Of a stretch of 64,000 nt of DNA, positions 1 to 9,667 are shown one piece after another (the first letter of the stretch is position 1; each line of letters opens with the position of its first letter). The stretch is from Cyanophyceae cyanobacterium (GTDB lineage: Bacteria > Cyanobacteriota > Cyanobacteriia > Cyanobacteriales > JBHJGN01), in contig JBHJGN010000014.1 of the NCBI GenBank assembly GCA_050331735.1, forward strand, positions 11,169 through 75,168, written 5' to 3'. The translations under genes were made by a program, and so were the position numbers. The notes beneath the pieces were generated by a model. It saw only the letters and a list, made by a program, of their open reading frames with translations, was not told where the DNA came from and did no database searches.

Positions 1-144
1 GCAATTTAGAATGACACTAGGCCATCAGTCCGGCTCGCTCGAACCACTGTTAACCTTTGCCTGCTCTGGTCTAACTCAGTACCAATTTCCGGTTGCCTAC
101 AATTGTTCTATTCCAAAACTTTACCGACATGAGGAGAATTGCCC

Positions 145-591
145 GTGAATAGCTGTATTTTAATGGCAAAAATTATTCGCAGCCCCGAACTACGATACAC
201 CCAAGAAAATCAAACGCCGATCGCCCAGATGCTCGTTGAGTTTGCCGGACCCCGCTCGGAAGATCCGCCAGCGACCCTGCGCGTCGTGGGCTGGGGCAAT
301 TTGGCCTCAGAAATTCAGGAAAACTATCGTGAAGGCGAGCACGTCATTCTGGTTGGTCGGCTATCGATGAACACCGTTGACAGACAGGAAGGATTTAAGG
401 AAAAACGAGCGGAAATGACCGTTTCTCAAATCTTTCCCGGCCCCTCGGCGGTCGCGGCCCTGTCTTCCTCGTCCACCCCGGCTCAATCGGCTCCTTCAGA
501 CTCGTTCGACTCCGGTGCTGACTTTACCCAAGAAGCGACCGTTGCTACTGCTGCCCAGTCTGAGGAAAATTTAGACGACATTCCTTTTTAA
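145..591 (+). CDS. ssb: Single-stranded DNA-binding protein (cyanobacterial type)
   Basis: OB-fold-like N-terminus (NSCILMAKIIRSPELRYTQ), acidic C-terminal LDDIPF tail; GTG start at 145 follows GAGGAG at 131-136. Confidence 0.88.
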   Translation: MNSCILMAKIIRSPELRYTQENQTPIAQMLVEFAGPRSEDPPATLRVVGWGNLASEIQENYREGEHVILVGRLSMNTVDRQEGFKEKRAEMTVSQIFPGPSAVAALSSSSTPAQSAPSDSFDSGADFTQEATVATAAQSEENLDDIPF

Positions 592-592
592 G

Positions 593-982
593 ATGAAAGT
601 GTTTGCTGTCCGCCTGCAACCCGACCAGGATTTAAAGCAAAGTCTCCAGGAATTTGTTGAAACCCATCAGATTCAAGCGGGTTTTATGCTGTCGGCGGTG
701 GGCAGCCTTAAGCAGGCTAATGTGCGCTTTGCCGGACAGGATCGGTGTCAGCGATACCAAGCAAACTTTGAAATTGTGTCTCTCGTCGGCACTCTTTCTA
801 TTAACGGGAGTCATCTCCATATTTCCCTGGCAGACCAACAGGGAACCGTCCTCGGCGGTCATTTGAGTGATGGCTGCATTATCAATACAACAGCAGAGAT
901 CGTGGTCGGAGCCAGCCAAAACCACCGGTTTAAGCGCGTTTTCGATGGACAAACCGGGTATTTAGAGCTAGAAATCAATTGA
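593..982 (+). CDS. PPC/DUF296 domain protein
   Basis: RLQPDQDL, SAVGSL, FEIVSLVGT, HLHISL..GGHL motifs; starts 1 nt after ssb stop. Confidence 0.88.
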   Translation: MKVFAVRLQPDQDLKQSLQEFVETHQIQAGFMLSAVGSLKQANVRFAGQDRCQRYQANFEIVSLVGTLSINGSHLHISLADQQGTVLGGHLSDGCIINTTAEIVVGASQNHRFKRVFDGQTGYLELEIN

Positions 983-1097
983 AGAAAACCGCAAAGGGGA
1001 AGGAGAAAAATAATCAAGCTGAGAGTTGTTATTCAACCAGTCAAGCTGGCTCAAGCTGATTTTTGTTTGTGCGATCAGATGGCTAATCTGTCACTTC

Positions 1098-2468
1098 TCA
1101 AGCCGGCAAATTGGGAATTAGCGGCTCGGCAGAGGCAGAGAAGCCAGCCCTGAGCAACGATTCGACGGCAGTATGTTCATTGGGTACCCAAAAGTCTGGT
1201 CCGAAGCGCACTAGCTGATGCTGCTTACCGGAGGCAATGGTAGCAATAACGGGAACGGTAGGGGCTCCGGCTGTCGCTTGTTCTCGTAAGATACCTCTTA
1301 AACTTTGCTGCACGGCGCGATCGCCCGCCTGCTGGGGATGAAGTCGAATGGTCACAATTTTAACAATATCGACCGGTTCAGCCTCTTCGACAATGAGCTG
1401 TACCTGCTCGTCGCGTTTTTCCGCTTTTCCCCAAATAATCAGCCGAGCATCCTCAACCAAGACGTTCTCAATCTGTTCATAAACGCTGGGGAAGACGACC
1501 CCTTCTGCTTGACCGGACACATCCTCTACCTGAATAAACGCCATCGGGTCGCCTTTTTTGGTGATAATCTTTTTGAGGGCCGTCAGCATCACCACCGCAC
1601 TCAATTTCTGACGAGATTTCTGCTCGGGCAATTGACTCAGCTCAATGGGAGAAAGAATTTGAGCGGCTTTTTGGATCGACTTGAGGGGATGCTCAGAAAC
1701 ATAAAAACCGAGGTGTTCTTTTTCGAGCTTGAGCTTTTCCTGTAGCGAAAAATCAGCGACGGCGGGGGCTGCAGGAGCGTGTTCGAGTCCCCCGGAGCTG
1801 GGGCGATCGCCGGGGGCCTGAGCACCATTGCTGCTCGTAGAAGCGCCAATCAGGTCAAAAATGCTCGTTTGACCGCTCTCTCGCTCTTTAGCCCGACTCT
1901 GGGCCCAGCTAATCAGGAGATCGAGGTTATGCATCGCCTGATTGCGATTGTCTTCAACGGCATCGAACGCCCCGCACAGAACCAACGTTTCCAGCGCCCG
2001 ACGATTGACGACCCGCAGATCGACGCGATCGCAAAAATCGGCCAGCGAGCGAAAAGCTCCTCCGGTTCTGGCCTGGAGAATCTTCTCAATCGCTCCCTCT
2101 CCTAAATTCCTAACGGCTGAGAAGCCAAAGATAATTTTGGTTCCCTCCGGCTGAAAATTACGGTGCGAGCGATTAATATCCGGCGGAACTACCTCAATGC
2201 CCATTTTCTGGCAGTTTTCCCGGTATTTCTCCACTTTATCTTGACTGTCGCTGCTGGCAGTCAGCAGCGCCGTCATATATTCAACCGGATAGTTGGCTTT
2301 TAAGTAAGCTGTTTGGTAGGTAACGTAAGCATAAGCCGTCGAATGAGACTTGTTGAAGCAGTTTGAGGCGACGGCTCCATTGGCCAGGAGAAAATTATGG
2401 TCTTGGACAACGCCAATGTCGTAAACAGGTTGGGTTCCGAGCGATTTGCGACCGACAATTTTAACCAT
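1098..2468 (-). CDS. dnaE: DNA polymerase III alpha subunit, C-terminal half, with N-terminal split intein C-fragment
   Basis: [30 protein letters not shown] followed by [39 protein letters not shown] and OB-fold (KKGDPMAF). Confidence 0.96.
   Translation of the reverse strand: MVKIVGRKSLGTQPVYDIGVVQDHNFLLANGAVASNCFNKSHSTAYAYVTYQTAYLKANYPVEYMTALLTASSDSQDKVEKYRENCQKMGIEVVPPDINRSHRNFQPEGTKIIFGFSAVRNLGEGAIEKILQARTGGAFRSLADFCDRVDLRVVNRRALETLVLCGAFDAVEDNRNQAMHNLDLLISWAQSRAKERESGQTSIFDLIGASTSSNGAQAPGDRPSSGGLEHAPAAPAVADFSLQEKLKLEKEHLGFYVSEHPLKSIQKAAQILSPIELSQLPEQKSRQKLSAVVMLTALKKIITKKGDPMAFIQVEDVSGQAEGVVFPSVYEQIENVLVEDARLIIWGKAEKRDEQVQLIVEEAEPVDIVKIVTIRLHPQQAGDRAVQQSLRGILREQATAGAPTVPVIATIASGKQHQLVRFGPDFWVPNEHTAVESLLRAGFSASAEPLIPNLPA
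1317..1324. repeat. HIP1 octamer GCGATCGC (representative copy; frequent across the window)
   Basis: Also at 1803, 5561, 6191, 33964, 34533, 35262, 38623, 39003, 41861, 44462 and many more. Confidence 0.95.
2361..2468 (-). other. Split intein C-fragment (DnaE Int-C, 36 aa)
   Basis: 36 aa ending ASN, followed by the CFN C-extein; block F/G motifs VYDIGV and HNF. Confidence 0.95.
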
Positions 2469-2600
2469 AACCCCAAAGCAGTAGGCAGCGAGATGCAGAC
2501 TAAATATTCTAGACCATTTCGAGGTTAGTTTTTTCTCGGTGGTTCAAATTCTGCTGATCGCTGATAATTGAACTAACTAGCATCGTAATGGAGAAAAGAT

Positions 2601-3737
2601 GTGAAGCTTGGGCAGTGGCTAGGGTTAATCTGCTTTGTCGTTTCCCTCTATATATTATGGCAGATTCGGCAACTGCTGCTGCTGGTTTTTGCTGCCGTTG
2701 TGCTAGCGACTGCTCTTAATCGAGTGGTGTGCCGATTTCAGCGGGCCAGAATCCAGCATGGTTTCGCGGTCTTTTTTACGATTAGTCTGTTTTTGCTGGT
2801 GCTGACTCTGGTTTGCTTACTGATCGTGCCGCCATTCATCAATCAGTTCAGAGATTTGATTGAGCTAGTGCCGCTCGTTTGGGAAGAAGCCCGCCTCGGA
2901 ATCATTGAGCTTGAGCAGCGCTTGCCAAGCTGGTTGCCGACTCCTCCTAGCCTCTCTGAACTGATCACTCAGCTTCAGCCTGTCGGGACAGAACTAATTG
3001 CTAATTTTCTGGCCTTTTTTCAGAACTCCCTGGCGGTGATGCTCAAGCTGCTGTTGGCGATTGTGCTGACGCTGATGTTTCTCGGCAATCCTCGCTCCTA
3101 TCGACGAGGACTGTTGAAACTGTTTCCCTCCTTCTACCGCCAACGAGCAGATGAAATTTTAACAGAGTCGGAAGTGGCGCTGGCTAACTGGCTAGGAGGA
3201 ATTTTAATCAATTGTCTGTTTATTGCCACTTTAAGCGGCATCGGCTTAGCCGTTTTGCAGGTTCCTCTGGTGCTCGCCCACGCTCTTTTAGCCGGACTCC
3301 TCAATTTTATTCCTAACGTTGGGCCAGCCCTTAGCGTTGTTTTCCCTGTGATGGTGGCGCTGCTGGATGCTCCGTGGAAAATTATCGCGATTGTGATCTG
3401 GTACGTGATTATTCAGCAAATTGAAACCTACTGGCTCACGCCAATGGTGATGGCCAAGCAGGTATCGCTGCTGCCAGCGGTAACGCTGACCGCTCAAATC
3501 TTTTTTGCTACCGTATTCGGGCTGCTGGGGTTACTGCTCGCGCTACCGCTAACAGTCGTTGCTAAAACGTGGCTAGACGAAATGTTGTTTGCCGATATTT
3601 TAGACAAATGGGACAAAGCGAATCATCCGACACTGCGCCTCACGGCGTCAGTAACCGAGGAAGCTGCTGCTCACTCCACAGAGGATGTTGCACAATGGAA
3701 GGTGGGAGGAGAGGTGAAGAGGAAGGAGAACGGTTAG
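2601..3737 (+). CDS. AI-2E family transporter
   Basis: Multi-TM protein with LNFIPNVGP and IQQIETYWLTP motifs. Confidence 0.9.
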   Translation: MKLGQWLGLICFVVSLYILWQIRQLLLLVFAAVVLATALNRVVCRFQRARIQHGFAVFFTISLFLLVLTLVCLLIVPPFINQFRDLIELVPLVWEEARLGIIELEQRLPSWLPTPPSLSELITQLQPVGTELIANFLAFFQNSLAVMLKLLLAIVLTLMFLGNPRSYRRGLLKLFPSFYRQRADEILTESEVALANWLGGILINCLFIATLSGIGLAVLQVPLVLAHALLAGLLNFIPNVGPALSVVFPVMVALLDAPWKIIAIVIWYVIIQQIETYWLTPMVMAKQVSLLPAVTLTAQIFFATVFGLLGLLLALPLTVVAKTWLDEMLFADILDKWDKANHPTLRLTASVTEEAAAHSTEDVAQWKVGGEVKRKENG

Positions 3738-3818
3738 CTTACCCAGCAAAAGATATGCATAACTTAAAACTTACTCCTCGCTTTCTTTTCCTGACGACAC
3801 CAACCGAGGAGCAACCCG

Positions 3819-4115
3819 ATGACGCTAGCAGAGTTTACTGAATTGATTGCCCAGCAAAAAAGTCCTACCTCTTTGTCAACGGCGCTTCAGGCTCTCTGGT
3901 ATGCTAAACGCGGCAATTGGCCTCAGGCTCACGAACTAGTGCAGAATGCCTCCGACAGAGACAGCGCCTGGGTTCATGCCTATCTGCATCGGGAGGAGGG
4001 AGATTTAAGCAATGCTCGCTACTGGTATCGCCAGAGCCGACAGCCAGAGTTCACCGACAGTCTCAGTCAGGAGTGGAAGCATATCGCGAGCAGTCTGCTG
4101 CGGGATAGAACCTAG
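3819..4115 (+). CDS. Conserved hypothetical protein
   Basis: ALQALWY..GNWPQAHELVQ..AWVHAYLHREEGDLSNARYWY; RBS GAGGAG upstream. Confidence 0.8.
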   Translation: MTLAEFTELIAQQKSPTSLSTALQALWYAKRGNWPQAHELVQNASDRDSAWVHAYLHREEGDLSNARYWYRQSRQPEFTDSLSQEWKHIASSLLRDRT

Positions 4116-4450
4116 TAGCGGGGAACCGATGAATCTACCAACGCTGCGTAGGCATCGATACCGCCCGCAATATTTTTGACAGAGGTAAAACCCACGCTCG
4201 TTAACCATTGGCACATCTGAGCCGAGCGTACGCCATGATGACACATCACCAGGGTTTCGGCTTCCGGGTCGAAACGAGACTGAATTTGCTCTGACCACTG
4301 GGAATATTGACTCAAAGGTAGCACCTCAAATCCGTCAATATGGGCGATCGCCACTTCCTGCGGTTCGCGAACATCAATCAGCTGAAGCTGCGGGTCTTGC
4401 TCGGCAAGGCGGATAGCTAACTCTTCAACGCTAATTTCAGAAAACATCAA
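4112..4450 (-). CDS. Single-domain rhodanese/sulfurtransferase
   Basis: LIDVREP, CHHGVRS active-site loop, NIAGGI. Confidence 0.9.
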   Translation of the reverse strand: MMFSEISVEELAIRLAEQDPQLQLIDVREPQEVAIAHIDGFEVLPLSQYSQWSEQIQSRFDPEAETLVMCHHGVRSAQMCQWLTSVGFTSVKNIAGGIDAYAALVDSSVPRY

Positions 4451-4495
4451 ACTTCAATCTTCTACTCTTTATAGTGCTGTTCAAACAATCTAGGT

Positions 4496-4690
4496 GGGGA
4501 AAAGGGGAAGCCGCTTTCGCGGCGGGGAAAGGGAAAAGGGGAAAGAAAGTTGCTCCGCAACGGGAAAAGGAAAGGGGTAAAGGGGGAATAAATTAGCTTA
4601 TTCCTGAGCCCTGTGTTTTTTTCCCGTCGCGAACGCGACAGTTTTCCCTTGACCCGTCCCGCTAGGGACATTTTCCCGTCCTAAAGGGAC
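4496..4690 (-). repeat. G/A-rich fold-back intergenic repeat with mini-hairpins (copy A)
   Basis: GGGAAAAGGGG arm and TTTTCCC arm; the reverse complement of ~4581-4650 closely matches ~8808-8875. Confidence 0.8.
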
Positions 4691-4744
4691 CATAGATAAT
4701 GGTAACTTGAACAAGGAAGCCCGAATCAGCGGGGACTGGAATTT

Positions 4745-6397
4745 ATGATCAACTTTCGTGCGTTTTTGATTGCTCTGGCTACAGTCGTCCTCATATTGCT
4801 AGGGGCGGCAGCGGGAAGCTTTTACTGGATAATTAGCCAAAGCCCTCTGAATCTGCTCCAAGGGGGAGTGATGGCGGAGCCGACGGCGGCTATGTTTGTT
4901 CCTAGACAAGCCCCCGTGATGGTGTCGCTTCTGGTTAATCCTGACCGTTTGGAAGCGTTGGGGGAGCTGGCCGCGACTCCGAGAGCTAGACGACAAGCGC
5001 ATGGAGAATTTACTCAAATCAAAGAAAGTCTGCTAGCCAACACCGGACTGGACTACCGCCGCGATATTCAGCCTTGGCTTGGCGACGAGATTACCCTGGC
5101 CGTGACCTCTCTTGACTTCGATCGCAATCAGCTCAACGGCATTCAGCCGGGATATTTACTGGCCGCTACCGCCCAAAATCCCGATTTAGCACGGGAGTTT
5201 CTCCAGCTTTCCTATTCTAAGCAGGCGCTCGCCGGAACCTCTGATTTGGTGTTTGAACAGTATAAAGGAGTGAACATCATCTACAAGCGTCCCCTAACGA
5301 CTGGACCCAATAGCAATTTAGAGGCTAGTGCGGTTGTTGGCGATGTGGTGCTGTTTGCTAACGCTCCTAAAGTCCTACGGGATGCCATTAACAACGTTCA
5401 GGCAAAAGATCTCAGCCTCAAGAACGCCCCCGCTTATCAGGAGGCTCTGACCACGATCCGCGAGCCAAGAATTGGCATCGTCTACGCCAACTTGCCAGCG
5501 CTGTCTTCCTGGGTTGTCAATGCTCCTGCCCCAGAGAATCCTGAAGCCGAACAGCTCTTGGCGATCGCTCTCCAGCTACAGCCCCAAGGATTGGCGGCGC
5601 AAACGGCCTTAATTGGCATTGCCGGAGACGAAGAACCGGCCCTCTCTAACCCCGTCGCGGCTCTTCAGTACGTACCGGCCAATAGCGTTCTCACGGCGGC
5701 GGGAACGGACCTCAACCAGCTCTGGAACCAGGTCGATGAACTGGACCCTCAAAGTCCACTTAGGCAGCTTATTGCCGGGGCAATCGCCTCGATTGAAGCG
5801 CCGTTAGGTCTAGATTTGCCCCAGGATATTTTTAGCTGGGTGCGGGGGGAGTATGCCCTGGCGCTGCTCTCCCCGCCGGAGACAAATCGCCTCGACTGGG
5901 TATTTGTCGCCGAAACTTCCGCTGCTGATGCCGAACCAGCCATTGAGTCGCTCGACCGTTTAGCCAAAGCGCAGGGACTCAGCGTGGGGATTTTGCCCGT
6001 AGCGGATACCCAGATTACGGCCTGGACTCAGTTAACCACCAGCGGCAGCGATCGCCTGCGCTTAGATGCGGAGGTCGCAGGAGTGCATACGAGCGTCGCT
6101 GGCTATGAAGTGTTCGCGACATCGGTGGACACCTTAGCAGAAGCAGTCGCGCAAACGGCTCCGCTTGCGACCAGCAAAACTTTCCAGCAGGCGATCGCGC
6201 CTCTACCGACTCCCAATAGCGGCACCTTCTATCTCAACTGGAGCCAAGGCCAACCGATTTTTGAGCAGCAGCCTCTCGTGGGGGCAGTTGAACTGGCGGG
6301 GAAACCCCTGTTCGAGCATCTGCGATCGCTGGGCTTAAGCAGCTTGGGCAGCGAAAATGGCGTCCGTCGTGCTGCCGTATTTTTTAATTTAGACTAA
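4745..6397 (+). CDS. DUF3352 domain protein
   Basis: N-terminal TM, AAMFVPRQAPVMVSLLVNPD, LDYRRDIQPWLGDEITLAV. Confidence 0.85.
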   Translation: MINFRAFLIALATVVLILLGAAAGSFYWIISQSPLNLLQGGVMAEPTAAMFVPRQAPVMVSLLVNPDRLEALGELAATPRARRQAHGEFTQIKESLLANTGLDYRRDIQPWLGDEITLAVTSLDFDRNQLNGIQPGYLLAATAQNPDLAREFLQLSYSKQALAGTSDLVFEQYKGVNIIYKRPLTTGPNSNLEASAVVGDVVLFANAPKVLRDAINNVQAKDLSLKNAPAYQEALTTIREPRIGIVYANLPALSSWVVNAPAPENPEAEQLLAIALQLQPQGLAAQTALIGIAGDEEPALSNPVAALQYVPANSVLTAAGTDLNQLWNQVDELDPQSPLRQLIAGAIASIEAPLGLDLPQDIFSWVRGEYALALLSPPETNRLDWVFVAETSAADAEPAIESLDRLAKAQGLSVGILPVADTQITAWTQLTTSGSDRLRLDAEVAGVHTSVAGYEVFATSVDTLAEAVAQTAPLATSKTFQQAIAPLPTPNSGTFYLNWSQGQPIFEQQPLVGAVELAGKPLFEHLRSLGLSSLGSENGVRRAAVFFNLD

Positions 6398-6540
6398 AAC
6401 AGAGTTTTAAGGATGCCATCGGTTGACGACTCTTTCAAGACCAATAGAGTTTCTGAGCGATTCGCTTGCTCGGGCTAAAAGCTAACAGCTTTTTACAGTT
6501 CAAAGATGGCGCTTTATCCCTGTTGTTCTCGGTCAGAGTA

Positions 6541-8772
6541 ATGAAACTACATTACCTTGTTGCTGCTTCTCTGTTTCTCCTTGGAGGATCGCAGGCTCCT
6601 CTGCGTCGCGAACTCGACCCCAAAGCTCTTTCGGGCAATATTAGCCTGACTCTCGAACAGGGCGTGTGGAAACTCTGGGAAGAAGAACCCGTTTACCAAG
6701 ATATTACCTTAGATCTTGTTTGTCAGGACGGTCGCTGCGAGTCAGAAGCTTGGGGCTATGCCCCCCGCTTTAATAAAGAAGTCGATCATCGCGGCACCGT
6801 TGAGGTAGTGGAAACCGATCAGTCCTGGCAGCTACGAGCAGAGATGGAGATTCAGTTTCACCCCTGGGAGAAGGAGACGGAAACAGCAACCTATACAATT
6901 AATCTCATTCCCTTCCAAGAACAGCTCATCGGCAGCTATACCGGGGAGTTTAACGACCGTTCTGTACAGGGTAAAGTGAGGGGAACCATTAGTCCTCGCT
7001 GGCCGCAACCGATTCCCACTCATCAACCAGTGGAGCCTCAAGAGCATCCCCGACTAATTTTCCGGAAATCTCAACTGCCAGACCTACGAGCCAAGGCACA
7101 AACTCCGGCGGGAAGAGCAATTGTCGAGCAACTCAAGCAAGCCCTCACTCATCCGATCTATTACGATGGTTTCGTTCCGACTGGCGGCTACCATGCAGCA
7201 GGCCACTGTTTTCTTTCCTTACTCGAAGAAGACCCGCAACCGGCTCAGACCGCCTGGCAAATCACCGAGAAATCGATGGAAAATTCTGCTGAGCGGCTGC
7301 TGGAGCAGTCTCCGATTGTGGCCGGCGTGGCCCTCGCCTACGATCTCTGCTACGATGCCTGGAGCGAAGAGCGCCGTCAGCAAGTGACGCGCTGGCTGGC
7401 TACCCAGGCCATCTGGCTTGCCCGAGGAGATTCTCCGAAGCGCGGCTGGAACAGCAACGCCTGGAGTAACTGGAACGCCAGAGCGAGAGGGGCCGCCGGG
7501 TTAGCCGCCCTCGCCATTCTGCACGAGCCGGAAGCAGGACTCCGGGCGGCGGAGCCGCTGCCGCTGCTCAAGCTAGCAGAACGAAACGTGAAGCGCTATC
7601 TGCAAACGGCCCTGGGCGATCGCGGCTTTGGTACAGAAGGGGACCACTATTCTGCCGAACCCTGGAGACTGACAATCATCCCCTTTTTGCAGGGATATCA
7701 AAACGTTATGGGTCAGGATTTGGTCACAGGCTCTAGCGCGGAGTGGTTTCTGCCGCACTACATCACTCGTACCGTTGAGGCAGACGAAATTTCTACCTAT
7801 GGACGACACTATTTAGGGCCAGGAGCCTCTTTGTATGCCGTCGGTTTAGGTCTGGTTCCTCAGCGGTTTTTACCCGGGGTTATGTGGTTTTTTGAGCGCC
7901 ATTTCGGTTTGTCGGGAGACAGCAGCTTTGGCATCGACCCCAATTTTCCTCATCTAGCCGCCTACGTATTGGCGGGATACCCAGATACGACTCCTCAAAA
8001 TCCAACGGCGGAGTGGGACAGAGTGCTGGTAGATGAGGAGAAAGGGTTTTATGTGTTTCGCGATCGCTGGCAGGATAGCCAAGATTTCGTAGCCAGTATC
8101 TACAGCCTCCGAGAACGTTTGCCCGGTTCGTGGTCTTTTCCAGATGTCGGCAGTTTTCGCATTCGGGGCCTCGGAGAACACTGGGCCAAAGGAGGAACTG
8201 GCGAAGGAGACTGGCATCAGGAAAATGTAGTCTTCATGCCCAACGTTGAGCCGTGGCAGTCGGCGCAGCCCATTTTCTTTGAGTCTGATGCGGACGGTTC
8301 TGGCATTGTCAGCCTGCAAACCAAACCTATCGTCAGTTCCCAGGCAGAGAATAGCGTTGGCATTCAATCCCTGCGCTCCTTTGCCACAGACTACAGCGGT
8401 GCCTCGGGAGCACCCGGTTTGTTTGTCGTCGTCGATCGCTTTACGGGAGATGTTAACGCCGCCGAGTTTAGCAACAAAACCTGGCGGATGCATACTGAGG
8501 GTCAAGTGACAATCGACGGACAGAGTTTTACCATTCAGTCTCCTAGCGGTGCCACTATGAAGGGCACCTTCGTCGTTCCTTTGGGAGTGCAAATTTCCCA
8601 CGAACAAGGAGCAATCAGCGCCACAGGAGGCAACCACTTCTTTGTCGTCATGACCGTACAGCAAGGAAGCGCCCCCGAGGTGAAAATGACCGGCATTGGC
8701 CTACAGTCGGAGGTAACAGTGGGCGATCAAACCATTACCTTTAAAGACAACAGAATCGTTTTAGGCCGGTAA
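6541..8772 (+). CDS. Large secreted protein, possible heparinase II/III- or alginate-lyase-like fold
   Basis: Signal-peptide-like start MKLHYLVAASLFLLG; EHPRLIF, helical NW..ARGAAGLAALA, EGDHY, FPDVGSF and a beta-rich C-terminus. Confidence 0.55.
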   Translation: MKLHYLVAASLFLLGGSQAPLRRELDPKALSGNISLTLEQGVWKLWEEEPVYQDITLDLVCQDGRCESEAWGYAPRFNKEVDHRGTVEVVETDQSWQLRAEMEIQFHPWEKETETATYTINLIPFQEQLIGSYTGEFNDRSVQGKVRGTISPRWPQPIPTHQPVEPQEHPRLIFRKSQLPDLRAKAQTPAGRAIVEQLKQALTHPIYYDGFVPTGGYHAAGHCFLSLLEEDPQPAQTAWQITEKSMENSAERLLEQSPIVAGVALAYDLCYDAWSEERRQQVTRWLATQAIWLARGDSPKRGWNSNAWSNWNARARGAAGLAALAILHEPEAGLRAAEPLPLLKLAERNVKRYLQTALGDRGFGTEGDHYSAEPWRLTIIPFLQGYQNVMGQDLVTGSSAEWFLPHYITRTVEADEISTYGRHYLGPGASLYAVGLGLVPQRFLPGVMWFFERHFGLSGDSSFGIDPNFPHLAAYVLAGYPDTTPQNPTAEWDRVLVDEEKGFYVFRDRWQDSQDFVASIYSLRERLPGSWSFPDVGSFRIRGLGEHWAKGGTGEGDWHQENVVFMPNVEPWQSAQPIFFESDADGSGIVSLQTKPIVSSQAENSVGIQSLRSFATDYSGASGAPGLFVVVDRFTGDVNAAEFSNKTWRMHTEGQVTIDGQSFTIQSPSGATMKGTFVVPLGVQISHEQGAISATGGNHFFVVMTVQQGSAPEVKMTGIGLQSEVTVGDQTITFKDNRIVLGR

Positions 8773-8778
8773 GCGCTA

Positions 8779-8940
8779 GGAGGGAAAGCAGCCTCGCCGC
8801 GGAGAGAAGGGAAAACTATCGCGCTCGCGACGGCAAAAGAACACAGGGTTCAGGAATAAGCTAATTATTCCCCCGTTACCCCTTCCCCTTTCCCCTTTTC
8901 CCTGCGCCAGTGGCGCTTCCCCCTTCCCCGTCCCGGAGCA
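8779..8940 (+). repeat. G/A-rich fold-back intergenic repeat (copy B)
   Basis: Core GAACACAGGGTTCAGGAATAAGCTAATTATTCCCC; hairpins TCGCGCTCGCGA and GCGCCAGTGGCGC. Confidence 0.8.
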
Positions 8941-9078
8941 ACTAACTTTGCCTCTCTCCTAGGTTAGAGAAGCGTTGCTAAGCAGCGATCGCGAGAATGT
9001 TTCTTGCGCTAGAGGTCGCGCTCCCTCGTTTCCCTGTAACCTGAGCAAGCATTAGCAGCAAAAAGATCGGAGGATCTA

Positions 9079-9579
9079 ATGATTAATCGACTTAAACAGG
9101 TGCCACTGCGCCAGATATTAACGGTATTTCTGGCAGGAATTATTCTCTGCATTGGCACAGCCTGCAACAGCGGCGATGTTCGCGGTGCTCGCCCAGAAGT
9201 TCCCCCTGTCCAAATGGGAGGGCAAAATAATCCTCACAAAATGGGTGGAGACACGCTGAATCAGTATCAAACTTCTCCTAATCCGTCAGCGAAGGGACAA
9301 GCTTCGGTCCCTGGCAAGATGCTCGTTGCCGCCACTCCTAACGTTGAGCAGGAGAATCCTGGCTTACTGTACCGAGGAGACACGGAAACGAGTGAAAAAA
9401 GTCTACCGATTATTACTGACAAGGATAACACGCGCCGATTTTTGCCAGAGGAGGGTCAGCCCGTAATCGATCGCAGTAACCCTAACGAAGGCATTGTCGA
9501 AAAAACTCAAAAAGCGTTCAAAGAAGGCTCAGAATTCATCGAAGGAGCAGCAAAACAGGTTTCGCCCAACTCCCGCTGA
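9079..9579 (+). CDS. Putative lipoprotein, cyanobacterial hypothetical (DUF6658-like)
   Basis: LRQILTVFLAGIILCIGTAC signal/lipobox-like N-terminus, hydrophilic body. Confidence 0.7.
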   Translation: MINRLKQVPLRQILTVFLAGIILCIGTACNSGDVRGARPEVPPVQMGGQNNPHKMGGDTLNQYQTSPNPSAKGQASVPGKMLVAATPNVEQENPGLLYRGDTETSEKSLPIITDKDNTRRFLPEEGQPVIDRSNPNEGIVEKTQKAFKEGSEFIEGAAKQVSPNSR

Positions 9580-9667
9580 TAGCGGTCGTAAAGCTCAGTT
9601 AAGGTAGTAGCTATTAGCCATCAGCGGTCGGCCTCAGCGCTAAAGCAGGCTTTGACTGAACATCCAT

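Noticed and set aside
78..109. LexA-box-like sequences upstream of ssb
   Set aside because: At least two mismatches to RGTAC-N3-DGTWCB in each candidate
4462..4671. Short ORFs over G/A-rich repeats (also 14287-14503, 15490-15681, 24534-24719, 62960-63241)
   Set aside because: Translations (GKGKG.., FPFP..) are by-products of the repeats or the MITE
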